DNA of 63,071 bases, the filler included, from Lenisia limosa (taxonomy: Eukaryota > Protista > Breviatea): assembly GCA_001655205.1 (NCBI GenBank). It is 7 parts of 7 records of this genome, joined end to end, with 100 filler letters (N's around TTAATTAATTAA, not from the genome) between each part and the next. Parts side by side here need not be neighbours in the genome. Positions count along the whole stretch, not along the records: positions 27,408 to 41,411 come from LPNZ01003574.1; positions 41,512 to 47,139 come from LPNZ01006470.1; positions 47,240 to 50,014 come from LPNZ01005829.1; positions 50,115 to 51,315 come from LPNZ01002122.1; 3 more parts are not named here. One strand, given 5' to 3'. A program made the translations under genes and the position numbers. The first letter of the stretch is position 1. Each line of letters opens with the position of its first letter. This document shows positions 38,802 to 50,343 of the stretch, piece after piece. The notes under the pieces are model-generated. The model saw nothing but the letters and a program-made list of their open reading frames with translations. It did not search any database and was not told the origin of the DNA.

Positions 38802-40571
38802 ATGAAGAGTATACTATTTTCCCCCCTCCTGATCGTGTTTTGCTTTGCCGCTACTGAGGATTTATGTCCAGACTTCTTCTACTTCGATGTTGAGGGAGTT
38901 CCGCATAAGGTGAGCGCTTTAGCCCTCCGGTAATGTGATGTGATTGTGATGAGTCGGTTTGAGGCGGATAAGTTATTCATATGTTCAGCTCTTCTATTGC
39001 GCTACACATGATATCTTCAATGAAACCCGGACCTTCCCCGAACTCAAGAAGGCTGCTGTTGGTATTCATAGTTGGCGTGGCGAGGAGGTCCTGTGGATTG
39101 GATTGCTATGAAGATTCAGATGGCAATAATAACGTTTGATAGGCTCTTCTGGTGAATGTGATTACACAGCTGAATATATGCAGAGGGGTGCAGGATACCA
39201 GGGACAGGTAATCTTCTTGTTTTTTTGCCTCTTTTTTGAGACCGGATTGAATGTGGCTCTTTAGAAAGAGTCTATTGTTGCGATATGTGTCCATTTATTG
39301 GAACTTGACGACTTGGAGAACCAGGTGGCCTCTATTAAGAACGACGATAAGGTTTGGGTCACGTGCATGGTTCCATCCTAACTTTTCAAGGTCCTATTCT
39401 TCTCATCAGGATGGCGCTCCGGTGGTCTCTCTGTTGTAGCTTGGGGACTTTATTAATGATAGAAGCTATTTTTGAAACTCTTTATAAGCGTTTATATTGC
39501 CCAATTCAATTGCATATTTGAGTTTCCCTTAGAGTGACAACCCCACGTACCCCCGCACTGGAGTAACTAACTCGATTGAAGTTATTGACCATGTCCTCAA
39601 GCACTTCACCAATAGGGTGCAGTTTCCCAACATCCAGCACTTGAAGGTGGGAATTGTTTGATGTGAATGCGTATGAGACGAATTTCAAAGTAAGTATGAC
39701 TATCTAATCGCTTGACACACATCTGGACACCCCCCCCCTCCCCCGTGTATCCCAGTCTTCTCACGATGACACGTTTCTTTTCAGGTCTACGGACACAGTG
39801 CGGGTGCGCAGCTTACGCATCGATATGCCATGATGAGCCACTGGGCTGCCAGTATTGACCCATATGAGTCTGAGGACGGACTATTATTCTTGTACAAGCA
39901 AAGAAACTTAGCAGACTTATTGTCCAGATACGAGATAGCCTTCTACCCAAATGCGCCATCATCGTACTCGGCCCTCACCAACTTGAGACCTGTTGGCGAC
40001 TCGTTTACCGAATTTGCGGTGCCTTCGTAAGCAGGGCTCTGTCTGGTACTCATGGTGGATACTGACGTTTATCAAAGGTGTAGTTCAATCGGTTTACATT
40101 TTGACGATAAGATATGTAGTTTGGCTTACAACCCAGGACGGCAACTATCGAAGCTTGTACGTACTATGACAACTGGAGCTATGGCATAAACTCGGCGTAG
40201 GTGTTGATCAAAAATGACCTTTGTCTTGTAGTGCTACTTAGTGTTTCTTTTCGATAACCAGATCATTGTAGATCTACCACAAGGTATCCTGTGTTCCACA
40301 AGTCAACTCAAGATGAAATCAGAAAAAGGTAGGAATCTTTCGATTATTTAAGCACGCTTACTCCTCTTCTCCTCTTGTGACGTGATAGATGGGCCCAACA
40401 CCGCGTGATCTTTTCTGTCGGAATTGACGACACTCTGACTGATGGCTCGGATGGATTGGGAACGGGTATGTCGTTCGTATTTGTCAATGCAAATAGCCAT
40501 CTTCTGATACTTCAGGTTGTGGATCCGTTTTATGGGGGGCTCATCGATTGGATCGCTCCAAGAGATACGCT
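38802..40571 (+). CDS. Secreted alpha/beta hydrolase (GHSAG nucleophile elbow); 3' end not found
   Basis: Signal peptide MKSILFSPLLIVFCFAATED. Exons give KKAAVGIHS, SSGWRSGGLS, NSIEVIDHVLKHFTNRVQFPNIQHLK, VYGHSAGAQLTHRYAM, NAPSSYSALTNLRP, YDNWSYG and CGSVLWGAHRLDRSKRY, the motif order of the GHSAGGQ/ANPSSY hydrolase family. Confidence 0.8.
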
Positions 40572-40638
40572 GTGAGTTGGACGCTCACCCAGAATTGTTT
40601 ACATAGCTGATGCTATAATTAATATACTATTACAGTTC

Positions 40639-41204
40639 TCCAGATAAATAGCTTCAGGAACGTCTTGCTTTCGTTTTTGAGCCTATCTTCACTCTTTTTC
40701 TTGAAAAATGCGTCATTTTGCCACCACAGATCCCAAGTTTATGTCTTTTAAACTTATTTTCCAAAAAATGAAGGGAACTGAACTGAACTCTGAATATGAA
40801 ATGTTTAGAATTTCGTACCTATTTTGGGGGCTTCTTCAATTTGAAATTTTGGAGCACATGTATTATAGAAGTTTTAAGCTTCGGTGCCTGCTTGTAATTT
40901 TAGGCTTTCACATGAAGCTGTTATTCATGCTTATGGAGGTTCTACCAAATATTAACAATTCGATTTCCGTGTAATTTTCATCTTTCTTGTTCATGATAAG
41001 ACATTAATAAACATTTGCTAAAAATAGGTCCGAAATTTCCTAATTTAGAAAGTTCAGTTCAGTTCAGTTCATTTTTTGGAAAATAAGTTTCAAAACATAA
41101 ACTTTGGATCTGTGGTGACAAAACGACGCATTTTTTTATAAAAAATAATAGTGAAGATATGCTCGAATACGAAAGCAAGACATTCCTGAAGCTATTTATC
41201 TGGA
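40639..41204. mobile_element. Fold-back / MITE-like element with ~190-bp imperfect terminal inverted repeats
   Basis: Arm 40639-~40826 (tccagataaatagcttcaggaa...acctatttt) is the reverse complement of ~41012-41204, with scattered mismatches. The AT-rich core is non-coding. Confidence 0.8.
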
Positions 41205-42307
41205 TGATATCGATATGCATATCAATATATATAGTAGTATTATTATAATATGTACAGTGACCAGGATATGTCTTGACCGATTTGCTATGTGATTTCCCAG
41301 AGAAAATAGGTCAAGACTTATCCCGGTCACTTTACATTATTTATAGTAGTATATGATAAACTCATTCATATGATACAGCATATCATATCATATTAGCATA
41401 TCCATTATATGNNNNNNNNNNNNNNNNNNNNNNNNNNNNNNNNNNNNNNNNNNNNTTAATTAATTAANNNNNNNNNNNNNNNNNNNNNNNNNNNNNNNNN
41501 NNNNNNNNNNNCATCAAAACTCCCTGACAGCTTGAGTTTTCCATAAAATATTATCATAAACCTTAAAGGTTGAAACGCCTATTTTATATATTGTTGGGTC
41601 AAAACCAAATTAAGTGCCTAAGCTCTCTATTTACGGTCCAAATACTGTCAGAAACACACAAAACCGTAATAAAAGGCCACATTCAATGAATAATAAATGG
41701 CAACTATCAGACAGTGCTATTTTGAGCATTTTTCTCTCAAAATTCACCATTACATTGCCAAAGCAAAGAGGAACCCGGAGCCAATTACTCTGAGGGGTAC
41801 AAGTTTTTGTTTCTTAACACTAAAAGAGGAAAAGATTCAGAAAAACATCCTGTGAGTAGGCAAAAGGGGTGGACCCCCGGGAGACCAAATTCACGGATTT
41901 TCAACCTTTTTTCAAAATTGAAAAAAAAAAGTTGGGGAACATTAGGAGGTCCATTTCTCTATGTATCTGTCGAAGCAGATTTTCGAAAAACACAAACATT
42001 GGCCAATACAAGGTGTCAACTTCAAGCTGTCCGGGAGTTTTGATGTGTCTGGTGAATTTTGAATTATGTTCGGAGCTTTGAGGACCCACACACATACATA
42101 TACTATATGTATACTATATATAGTATAGTATATCTAGATATATATATATATATAATTATAATATATCATATATGACGACCCCCCTCAGCAGCAAAATGAC
42201 CTTTAACAATAGATCCGGCTCCCATCATCATTCTACTCCCCCTCCCTATGCCATTATACCATGCTACTGCTAAATCTCTTTTTGTTTCCAATGTTAATTC
42301 TTTCCAG

Positions 42308-45300
42308 CCATGAGGTTGCCCTTGGAGTGACAATATCCTCGCCAAGTAAGCCGACTGGAATTTGCCTTATCGAAGAACACAACAATATGATATTATATAT
42401 ACAGTGACCGGATAATTCTTGATCGATTTGCTATCTGATATCCCAAAATCGGTCAAGACTTATCCTGTCACATATGTACATATGATATATGTTTGATATG
42501 ACAATTAATTCAAGTGTGATATTCTATTTTTTGTATTTTGCTTTTATTCTTACAATGCATTAAGTCCTGAATACATAATATGATATTCTTTTCTGAAGGC
42601 AAATCTGAATCGATTCGTCCTTTCTCCAAATAATAACATTTTTTGTTTGCCAATCATCTCCACGCCCTCAGACTTGTCTCACCCCCCCCCCNNNNNNNNN
42701 NNNNNNNNNNNNNNNNNNNNNNNNNNNNNNNNACCCAGGCCGTGTCTTCATGGATGCTGGCTCCTTCTCTCCCGTCACTGCATGACCAAACCTTCCTGGC
42801 CCAGTACGAGGGCCAGTTTATTTTTGTTTTCTTTTCTTTTTTTCTTTTTTAGGTGGGGGGGGGGGGNNNNNNNNNNNNNNNNNNNNNNNNNNNNNNNNNN
42901 NNNNNNNNNNNNNNNNNNNNNNNNNNNNNNNNNNNNNNNNNNNNNNNNNAGTTGTTGTTTTTCCAATCCCCACCTCCCCCGCTTCAATTTTTGTGTTGTG
43001 TTTTAAAATATGTACTATGTACATTACATCCCCACTTCCATCATTACCTCCCCCAGAACCCACCACGAATCCAGTAGTTCCATATACGACTGTGGAGTGG
43101 GCATTAGAGATGTGCCTCTCATCGAAGATCGACCAATTCTGCCTGTATCTCGAGTTGGTGTTAATGCTGTTAAAAGGTGGGAGGTCAATTTACGTTAGAA
43201 CTTCTCTACATACATGTTTGTCTTAATGATACTGACTTCATATTGATTGGAGCATTTGGATCAGAACTGAAACCACCAAAAGTTGATTCAATGCAGTCAC
43301 TAGACAAATAACACGAAGCCAACTAAATGTGCTTATTTGAACAGCTTCGGATCCCTCATTTCTCTACATATCATCCTGATTCTACAGGCCAATACCCGGT
43401 CAGGATTTAGACGAACCCGGGCCTACAGTGTCAATGTCAAACCTCTCACTAATGTCGGAATTGTCGGAAGTTACTTCTTCCGATTCCGTTCCGACATCTC
43501 TTCAGGTTGGTTTTGTGAGGCTTTATTTAAGCTACTTCTTTTATATTGTTGGTGTGTTGGTTCCCCCAACGCACACTTCAGTTAGTGTCCTCCCTCACAA
43601 CCACTGCCTAATCCCCTCTCTTCACTCCCGCCGCTCTACCATCACCCCCATCACCATCAGGACGTTGCCCCACTGGTGGTGAGAGCTGCGAGAGCTGTGG
43701 CCTTCCTACATCGTTCCAATGTAAGCTATGCTCTTTTTGGGAGCAAAACAATTCCCCATAATATGTTGTTATGTTTCATAATAACACCCTTCCTTTGGAG
43801 TTTTTTTTTATGATTATTTTGTACACACATGCTAGTCAAAGCGCTCCCTCTTAAACTGCTCTTCAGCTCACCTCCCACTATACTTAAGTTATCCTTTTTG
43901 TCAAAGATTTTCCCCGCTTACCACCCCAGGCAGCAGACTTGATTGTGGGCTTTTTCTGTTTCATAAATTTTCCAATTCACCTCCCCCAGACCCTGCCGAA
44001 ACGCCCAGTCCTAGAACCTCGTCACGTGACTTCGCAGAACTTCCTCAAAGCCTCTGCAGACATTCCCATGCCTGAAATCCCGGTCATCTGCCAACTACGC
44101 GAAGAGACCACCAAGAAAAGTCCCGAAAGTGATCTTCCTGATCTAGACAGCAGCAGTATCAACTTTGACCTGCAGAGCCTGGGTGAGGGTATGGTGTCAG
44201 AGTCCAGCTCAGAGGGACCAGGGTCCCCCCGACAGATCCCCGATACTGCTCTCCCGAAACTGGGTGACCCGCTTGGATTAGGCAGAATTTTCGGAACGAA
44301 AGCCTCGGATATGAAGGTCTATGAAGGGAATATCTCCAATGCTGCTGACATGTCCATCGCGGATGTTACTGAAGAAGCTATTGGTGACTTGACAGAAAAG
44401 CTGACAGACAAGTTGACAGACAAACTGGATGGACTGAATATTAGTACCGCGACAGTGGTGGAGGTGGAAGCATCAGATTTGCCGAGCTACGAAGGTCTCA
44501 AAGGTGGAAGGCAACATGATATTCATGTGTATAGATACTGTGATTGTGTTAAGTCTTCCCTGACACAATCATATTTCCCTTCATACAAACCTGTAAATCA
44601 CTGTATTTCTTCACAAGTTGGGGTATTATTTTCTTTATTCAGACCTTTCCACAATTCAACTAACTCTCTTCCCTCTTAGATTCTGAAAGTTCTGATATTC
44701 TCCCTATTCCTGAGGAGTATCAAAGACATTTAGACAGTTTGAGGCTGACTGGTGAATGTGCTTTAACTACAATCTTATTTGCTTCATTTTCTTCTCACTT
44801 CTGCAGATTTGAATATTTCGAATATTGAAATAGAATCCATCCCCGACTCAGAGCAAGCTGAACACACCACACCCGAACACCCACTAGGTTTGAAAGGGTG
44901 GCAGATATATTATGTATGATGATGATGAGTATGATTATGATCAGAATGATGATTGGGGTGGCGATTATATTACCTTTCCCATCGAAAATTTTAGCTTTCT
45001 TTTCTGGCTTCATATGTAATACTAGTAGTATCATACAGTTGTTATATATTGAAAATTTGTATATTGTTAAAAGCTTTCTTCACAAAGCAGACCATAAGGC
45101 CGAAAAGGAAAACGACGGAAGAGGTCACGTGACTTTTGCCGACAACCGGGCGGAAAGTGTCGACTCCCTTGATTTGAGAGGTTGGATGTGGTGATTTGAG
45201 AGGGTGATGCTGGAAGGGTTACTTTGCATACTAAATTACAGTCATTAATCACTTGTTTACAGTATGCTTAAATAACTCTTACAGAAGACCAAGACATGTA

Positions 45301-47139
45301 CACCGGTGAGGGATGCTTGGAAGCTGATCTGTCTGTAGCGCAAAAACAATTGAATAACAATAGCATTTTGACCTTGAACATTTTTGATTTGAAATACAAT
45401 GTATACATATGTGTAGATGCAAATGAATTTATTTAGATGAGATGATTGATACAATAATAGTCTTTCTTCTGTTGTGATTTTTATGGTTTTGAAAAGTATG
45501 TATGATACTACAATTATTCTTGTTTGTCATCCTCTTTCTTAAAACAAAACAATGTAGCACATTAACTGCAGAGATACAAAAGAATACCTTGGGATGTAAA
45601 CATTGTTACCATTTTTGACCTCCAGGGTACTTTGATGAACGACCATCTCTCTTCCACACTAATCCGCGCGCTGCCCTGAAAGAAGGAATGGTGGGATGGG
45701 GTGTGTGATGTGATGTGATGTAATAGTGATAATATTATCTCTTCACATAAAAAGGCCATAGCCAGATCTTTCTTTCAATAGAGACTTTACTGCGTGCCTC
45801 ATCATTACTCACATATCCCAGCAACTTATGCCGCTGAGAGCGTTCTCTGATGCCATCACTACGAACTTACCTGAAGGAAGTGAGTGGTTGTTCATTTACT
45901 CTTCAGTGTCCAAAAGGTATCCACCAGAAATGCATAAACCTGCTTGTCAAATTTCTAAAACGTCTTTTGAGCCCCCTCATAATATTTCTAACACACTGAT
46001 ATCCTTCAAAACTCCTCAAGTGCATTGAACACATGTAGAGCCCTCCTCAACAACTCTCACAGTTTAGAGCCCTCAACAACAACTCTCACCGTTTAGATCC
46101 CTTAACCAACTCTCACCGTTTAGATATCTTCACCAACTCTCACCGTTTAGATCCCTGAACCAACTCTCACCGTTTAGAGCCGCATCGATTGGAAGAGTTT
46201 GAGGTAGAAATTGGCCCAATGGCTGTTGTGCAGAAGATCAAAGATCTGATGAAAAACCCCCAGCATGGTTANNNNNNNNNNNNNNNNNNNNNNNNNNNNN
46301 NNNNNNNNNNNNNNNNNNNNNNNNNNNNNNNNNNNNNNNNNNNNNNNNNNNNNNNNNNNNNNNNNNNNNNNNNNNNNNNGTTGAACATGTCCCAGCATAC
46401 CACTTTATCCAGAATAAAATTTAAGATGATTTCTTAGTCTTTCTCAAATGTTCCACCTTGACAATGGAAACATCTTGCCACATTCCCCTTCATTTACCAC
46501 CATAGGCCCAGTTGGCAACTTCTCCCTTTCCGCCCCCTCAGTGGACGTACCTCCCCACTTGCTCCTCTCAACTCCCACTCTGGATGAGAAACAGCGGGAT
46601 ATAGAGCCCTCTTCGGTATCGGTAAGTTGTGGTGCTGGGATAAGAGCGTTGATATCGGGATGTGTGGTCTATGCTGGGATAAGAGATAAATTATTCGCAA
46701 TAGAATCTCACATTATTGAAAGTTAAAAGAGACAGAGGGGAATAACAACTCAGCTTTATAGCGCTTTTCATTTACTATGCATTCTCCCATTCACTGCGCA
46801 GCCTGTCATCGAAGCCCCAATGTTCTTCCCCCAACTTGACGAAGATCAGCATGAGGTTTGTTGCCTTTACTCCAAAGAGCTAAGGATCGCCAGGAGGGCT
46901 TCACTCTGATACGAAAAAAACCAGCAAAATATCGATACTTATGGAAGATTTATTGAGAATTTATCGAAGATTCAGTTATTATTGTAACCCAAATCAAACC
47001 ATAATCGCCAGGGATACCACTATTGAAAATAACCAATTTTGGTTTTTTGCTCCGTCAATTTTCTTCTTTTTTTTTTCTCCCTCCCCAGACACCCATGATA
47101 AATACCCCTAATACCTCCCCAGACACCCATGATAAATAC
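42308..47139 (+). CDS. One or two uncharacterised multi-exon genes with a long Ser/Pro/Asp-rich exon
   Basis: The exon at ~43990-44505 is the open part of ORF 43939-44679. Flanking GT-AG exons include EPTTNPVVPYTTVEWALEMCLSSKIDQFCLYLE, DSESSDILPIPEEYQRHLDSLRLT, QLMPLRAFSDAITTNLPEG, PHRLEEFEVEIGPMAVVQKIKDLMKNPQH and PVIEAPMFFPQLDEDQHE. Confidence 0.55.
46052..46177 (+). repeat. Tandem repeat, 5 copies of ~27 bp, containing a splice acceptor
   Basis: aactctcac(a/c)gtttag starts at 46052, 46081, 46108, 46135 and 46162. Confidence 0.9.
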
Positions 47140-47707
47140 NNNNNNNNNNNNNNNNNNNNNNNNNNNNNNNNNNNNNNNNNNNNTTAATTAATTAANNNNN
47201 NNNNNNNNNNNNNNNNNNNNNNNNNNNNNNNNNNNNNNNATATTGCGTTTGATGATATGATGATGTATCAACACATGGGAAGGGCTCTGAATGACAATTA
47301 AAAGAAAGCTGACATGCTGTATAATAGAGGTGTTATTTGGAATGAAGCAGGACTCTCAGCAGATGCTGTGCCTGGAATTTCATCTAACTCCCTTTCAGAC
47401 ATTTTAACCAATTATTTGTTTCCTTAGATTTCTAATGTAGTAGTCTTCCACGGAATGTTAGCCCTGCTGCTGCGGCATCGGTTTGTGTTGGTTTTTTTAC
47501 TAAATATACCACTTTCACGGGGTTCTTTTGCTCTTTCTTTTCTAAATAACCACTTTCACGGGGTTCTTTTAATTTTAGCCACTTCAGGCTTGCAATGAAA
47601 TGAAATCCAGGGCCTCAGCGGAGGTAGTTTTGAAGCTGAAATAAGCATGTAGGACACTCCCAAAAAAGTCTGGCTGTAACTTAAAAGGCTGCACTCAAAA
47701 GGTGTAG

Positions 47708-48650
47708 AGAGATACCCGACGATATTCTGATCGACCCTGCAGCAACCCCCTCCGCATGGTACAAATGGTCCATGCCTCACACAAGCTGATGGCAGCATCA
47801 ATTCTGCTTCCTCTCTCTGTTCCCTATATTGGCTCCTTTCAAGTGCGTAATGAGGATACATTCAGTAATACCCTTAAGAGTTCCCAAACCTTCTGGTCTT
47901 TGACCTCGGATCTCCCCATTCCCTTGCCTCCTCCCCGGTTCAAGGTTGTGTCCTCAAGTAGAGACATTCAAACACCAGCTCAACCCCTCAACCCACTCAA
48001 CCTGTCCGTGAGCCTCATTTTGGGTGGGTGGTTTTGATAGCTGTTTTGTTTTTAACTTTAAAGGCCACCCTGTTGCCCAACTCGCTAGTGGAGTTTCCCG
48101 CCCTCAGACCGCTAGGCGATGGGCCCCACCTTTCCTCTCCTCCTTGGTGCAGCTACACCTACAAACTCAGCCTCAAGCCTGATGGAGCTTTACCTTCCTC
48201 CCACACAGCCAGAATCCTTGCAACCAATCCCCAGTGTCACCCCATGGACCTCAATGTCGCTTTGCCCAGGTTGGAATGAGTTTTTCTTGTGTCTTAATAT
48301 CTAGGTACTTCATCCCGGCCGGCCATTTGCCAACCGTCTGCCTATTTCGCTAAACAAGGCAACCTCATCTCCCCTGGTGCCAACCCTACCCATATCTGAC
48401 CGGCTCCCGCACATTCGAGTACCAATGGCAGTTTCCTCTGATGACTTCCTTTTCGGAAAACTCGCCAGGAAGTCTCGTCTGGGCGGCGGACACCAGTGAC
48501 CTCATCCTCCAGATATTCCCGACCCTCCAAATGCCGTCTGTCGTTGTGTCAATTGGGTCACTCATCCTCTCTCGGAGTATGTGGAATGGAAAGCTCGGTC
48601 AGCATTCGCCAAGGATTCGCTGAACACCATTCTGAAAGGAACCTTTGAGG
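47708..48650 (+). CDS. C-rich spliced or degenerate coding region of unknown identity
   Basis: A phase-consistent chain ...PYIGSFQ|SSQTFW...LNLS|ATLLPN...VALPR|YFIPAG can be built with GT-AG introns. Other frames also look protein-like and contain stops. Confidence 0.3.
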
Positions 48651-48752
48651 GTGTCAAAATAGCAGAGAGCAGCATGGGGAGAAAACAAAACAAAAAAAAG
48701 ACATACAGAGGTGGAAAAACGAAAACCGAAAAGTAACAAAAAAGAAAAAAGT

Positions 48753-48825
48753 CGCTCCTAACTGGGCTCGAACCAGTGACCTATCGGTTAACAGCCGAGC
48801 GCTCTACCATCTGAGCCATAAGAGC
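48753..48825 (-). tRNA. trnN-GTT: tRNA-Asn (GTT), intronless, no encoded CCA
   Basis: Sequence GCTCTTATGGCTCAGATGGTAGAGCGCTCGGCTGTTAACCGATAGGTCACTGGTTCGAGCCCAGTTAGGAGCG. It has a 7-bp acceptor stem, D-loop GG, anticodon GTT, TTCGA T-loop and a downstream oligo-T Pol III terminator. Confidence 0.97.
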
Positions 48826-50343
48826 ATATATATGTTTGAAAAAGATTGATTTTTGATCGGGACTAATAATGTTCACATTTTTAGTCCTTCCTCTCCATGG
48901 ACTCCATCGTCACCTTGGTCCCTGGGCCCTCGCCAACACCTGTCGTCCAACCATTGTCGTACTCCCTATCACCTTCATTGTCACCTTCGCCACCCCCATC
49001 ACCTCCAATTCCTAGACCTCTACCTCTGACCCCGGACACCCACGGACTTGGACTTTGACATCGCCAGGGGTCATCACGGGCAACCTCACCACCCACCCGA
49101 TCATGACCTTCCATGGCCCCACATGTCCGTCGTTCCGGGAGTACCTGACGTACCTCGCCTCCCTCCACCTCACTAACCTCAACTTTGTCTTCCAACCTCA
49201 CCCCTAACCACCCTACCAACTTTACCCCTTCTTTCCCTCATACCTCCACCTATTCGATTTACAACAATTGAATATCATCCCTATTACATTATTCTTTGAT
49301 AGGTGAAACCCATAAAACGGTTTGCACTCCAAGTGCCCAGCTCACCCGCCGCGTCACCACAGAAGTAATCACCATCCCGCCGCCTCGCTCTTGTCTGTTT
49401 ACCCGCCGCCCAGAACGCCCACCGCCCCGCTCCAGAAGAGATCACCTCCCTCCAGTCCGTCCCTCGTCCACTCCGCCGCCGCTCTCCTATGTATCTTTAT
49501 TTTTTGTTTACTGAATGTTTTTCGATAAATACATTTCTTGTCCTTTCAAAAACAGTCCTTCCTCATCCACTCCGCAGCCGCTCTCCTATATCTTTGTTTT
49601 ACTGAATGTTTTTACGATAAATACATTTTTTGTCCTTTAACCGCACCAATACATTTTTTGTCCTTTCAAAACCGCACCACTGTGTCAGTCTGATCTNNNN
49701 NNNNNNNNNNNNNNNNNNNNNNNNNNNNNNNNNNNNNNNNNNNNNNNNNNNNNNNNNNNNNNNNNNNNNNNNNNNNNNNNNNNNNNNNNNNNNNNNNNNN
49801 NNNNNNNNNNNNNNNNNNNNNNNNNNNNNNNNNNNNNNNNNNNNNNNNNNNNNNNNNNNNNNNNGCAAGCATATAGCACTTCATAGGGTTTAGAGTAGGA
49901 TTGTTTTTCTTCACCCCCACCCACCACATATGCAACATGTATTTATATCATATAAATCAATAGTGTATCCTTCTCTACATATGATATTATATATTTTTCT
50001 TGTGCCACAGGATTNNNNNNNNNNNNNNNNNNNNNNNNNNNNNNNNNNNNNNNNNNNNTTAATTAATTAANNNNNNNNNNNNNNNNNNNNNNNNNNNNNN
50101 NNNNNNNNNNNNNNCCCCCCCCCCCCCTGATATGATATACTATATCTTCCCTACTGTCCGAAAAAGACCGTTTAAATATCGATATTTAAAGAGGATTTAT
50201 CGAGAAATTCAGTCTTTTTTTGGGAACGTATGGAAGCCCTAATTAGATCATATCATATAATAGCCCCCATACATATTTTAAAAAAACAGCAGCCGGACAT
50301 ATCAACCAGAGTACTTGCCAGTACTTGTGTTTATACCCCCCAC

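Noticed and set aside
48305-48620. DIRS/Ngaro reverse transcriptase-RNase H call from PGRPFANRL and WNG
   Set aside because: The motifs lie in different frames, there is no YxDD or tyrosine-recombinase motif, and GT-AG introns are nearby. It is kept only as a weak hint in the tRNA finding.
49450-49680. Two-copy ~85-bp duplication and short repeats near a gap
   Set aside because: There is no link to a splice site or element end, and it is next to a gap, so it may be a misassembly.
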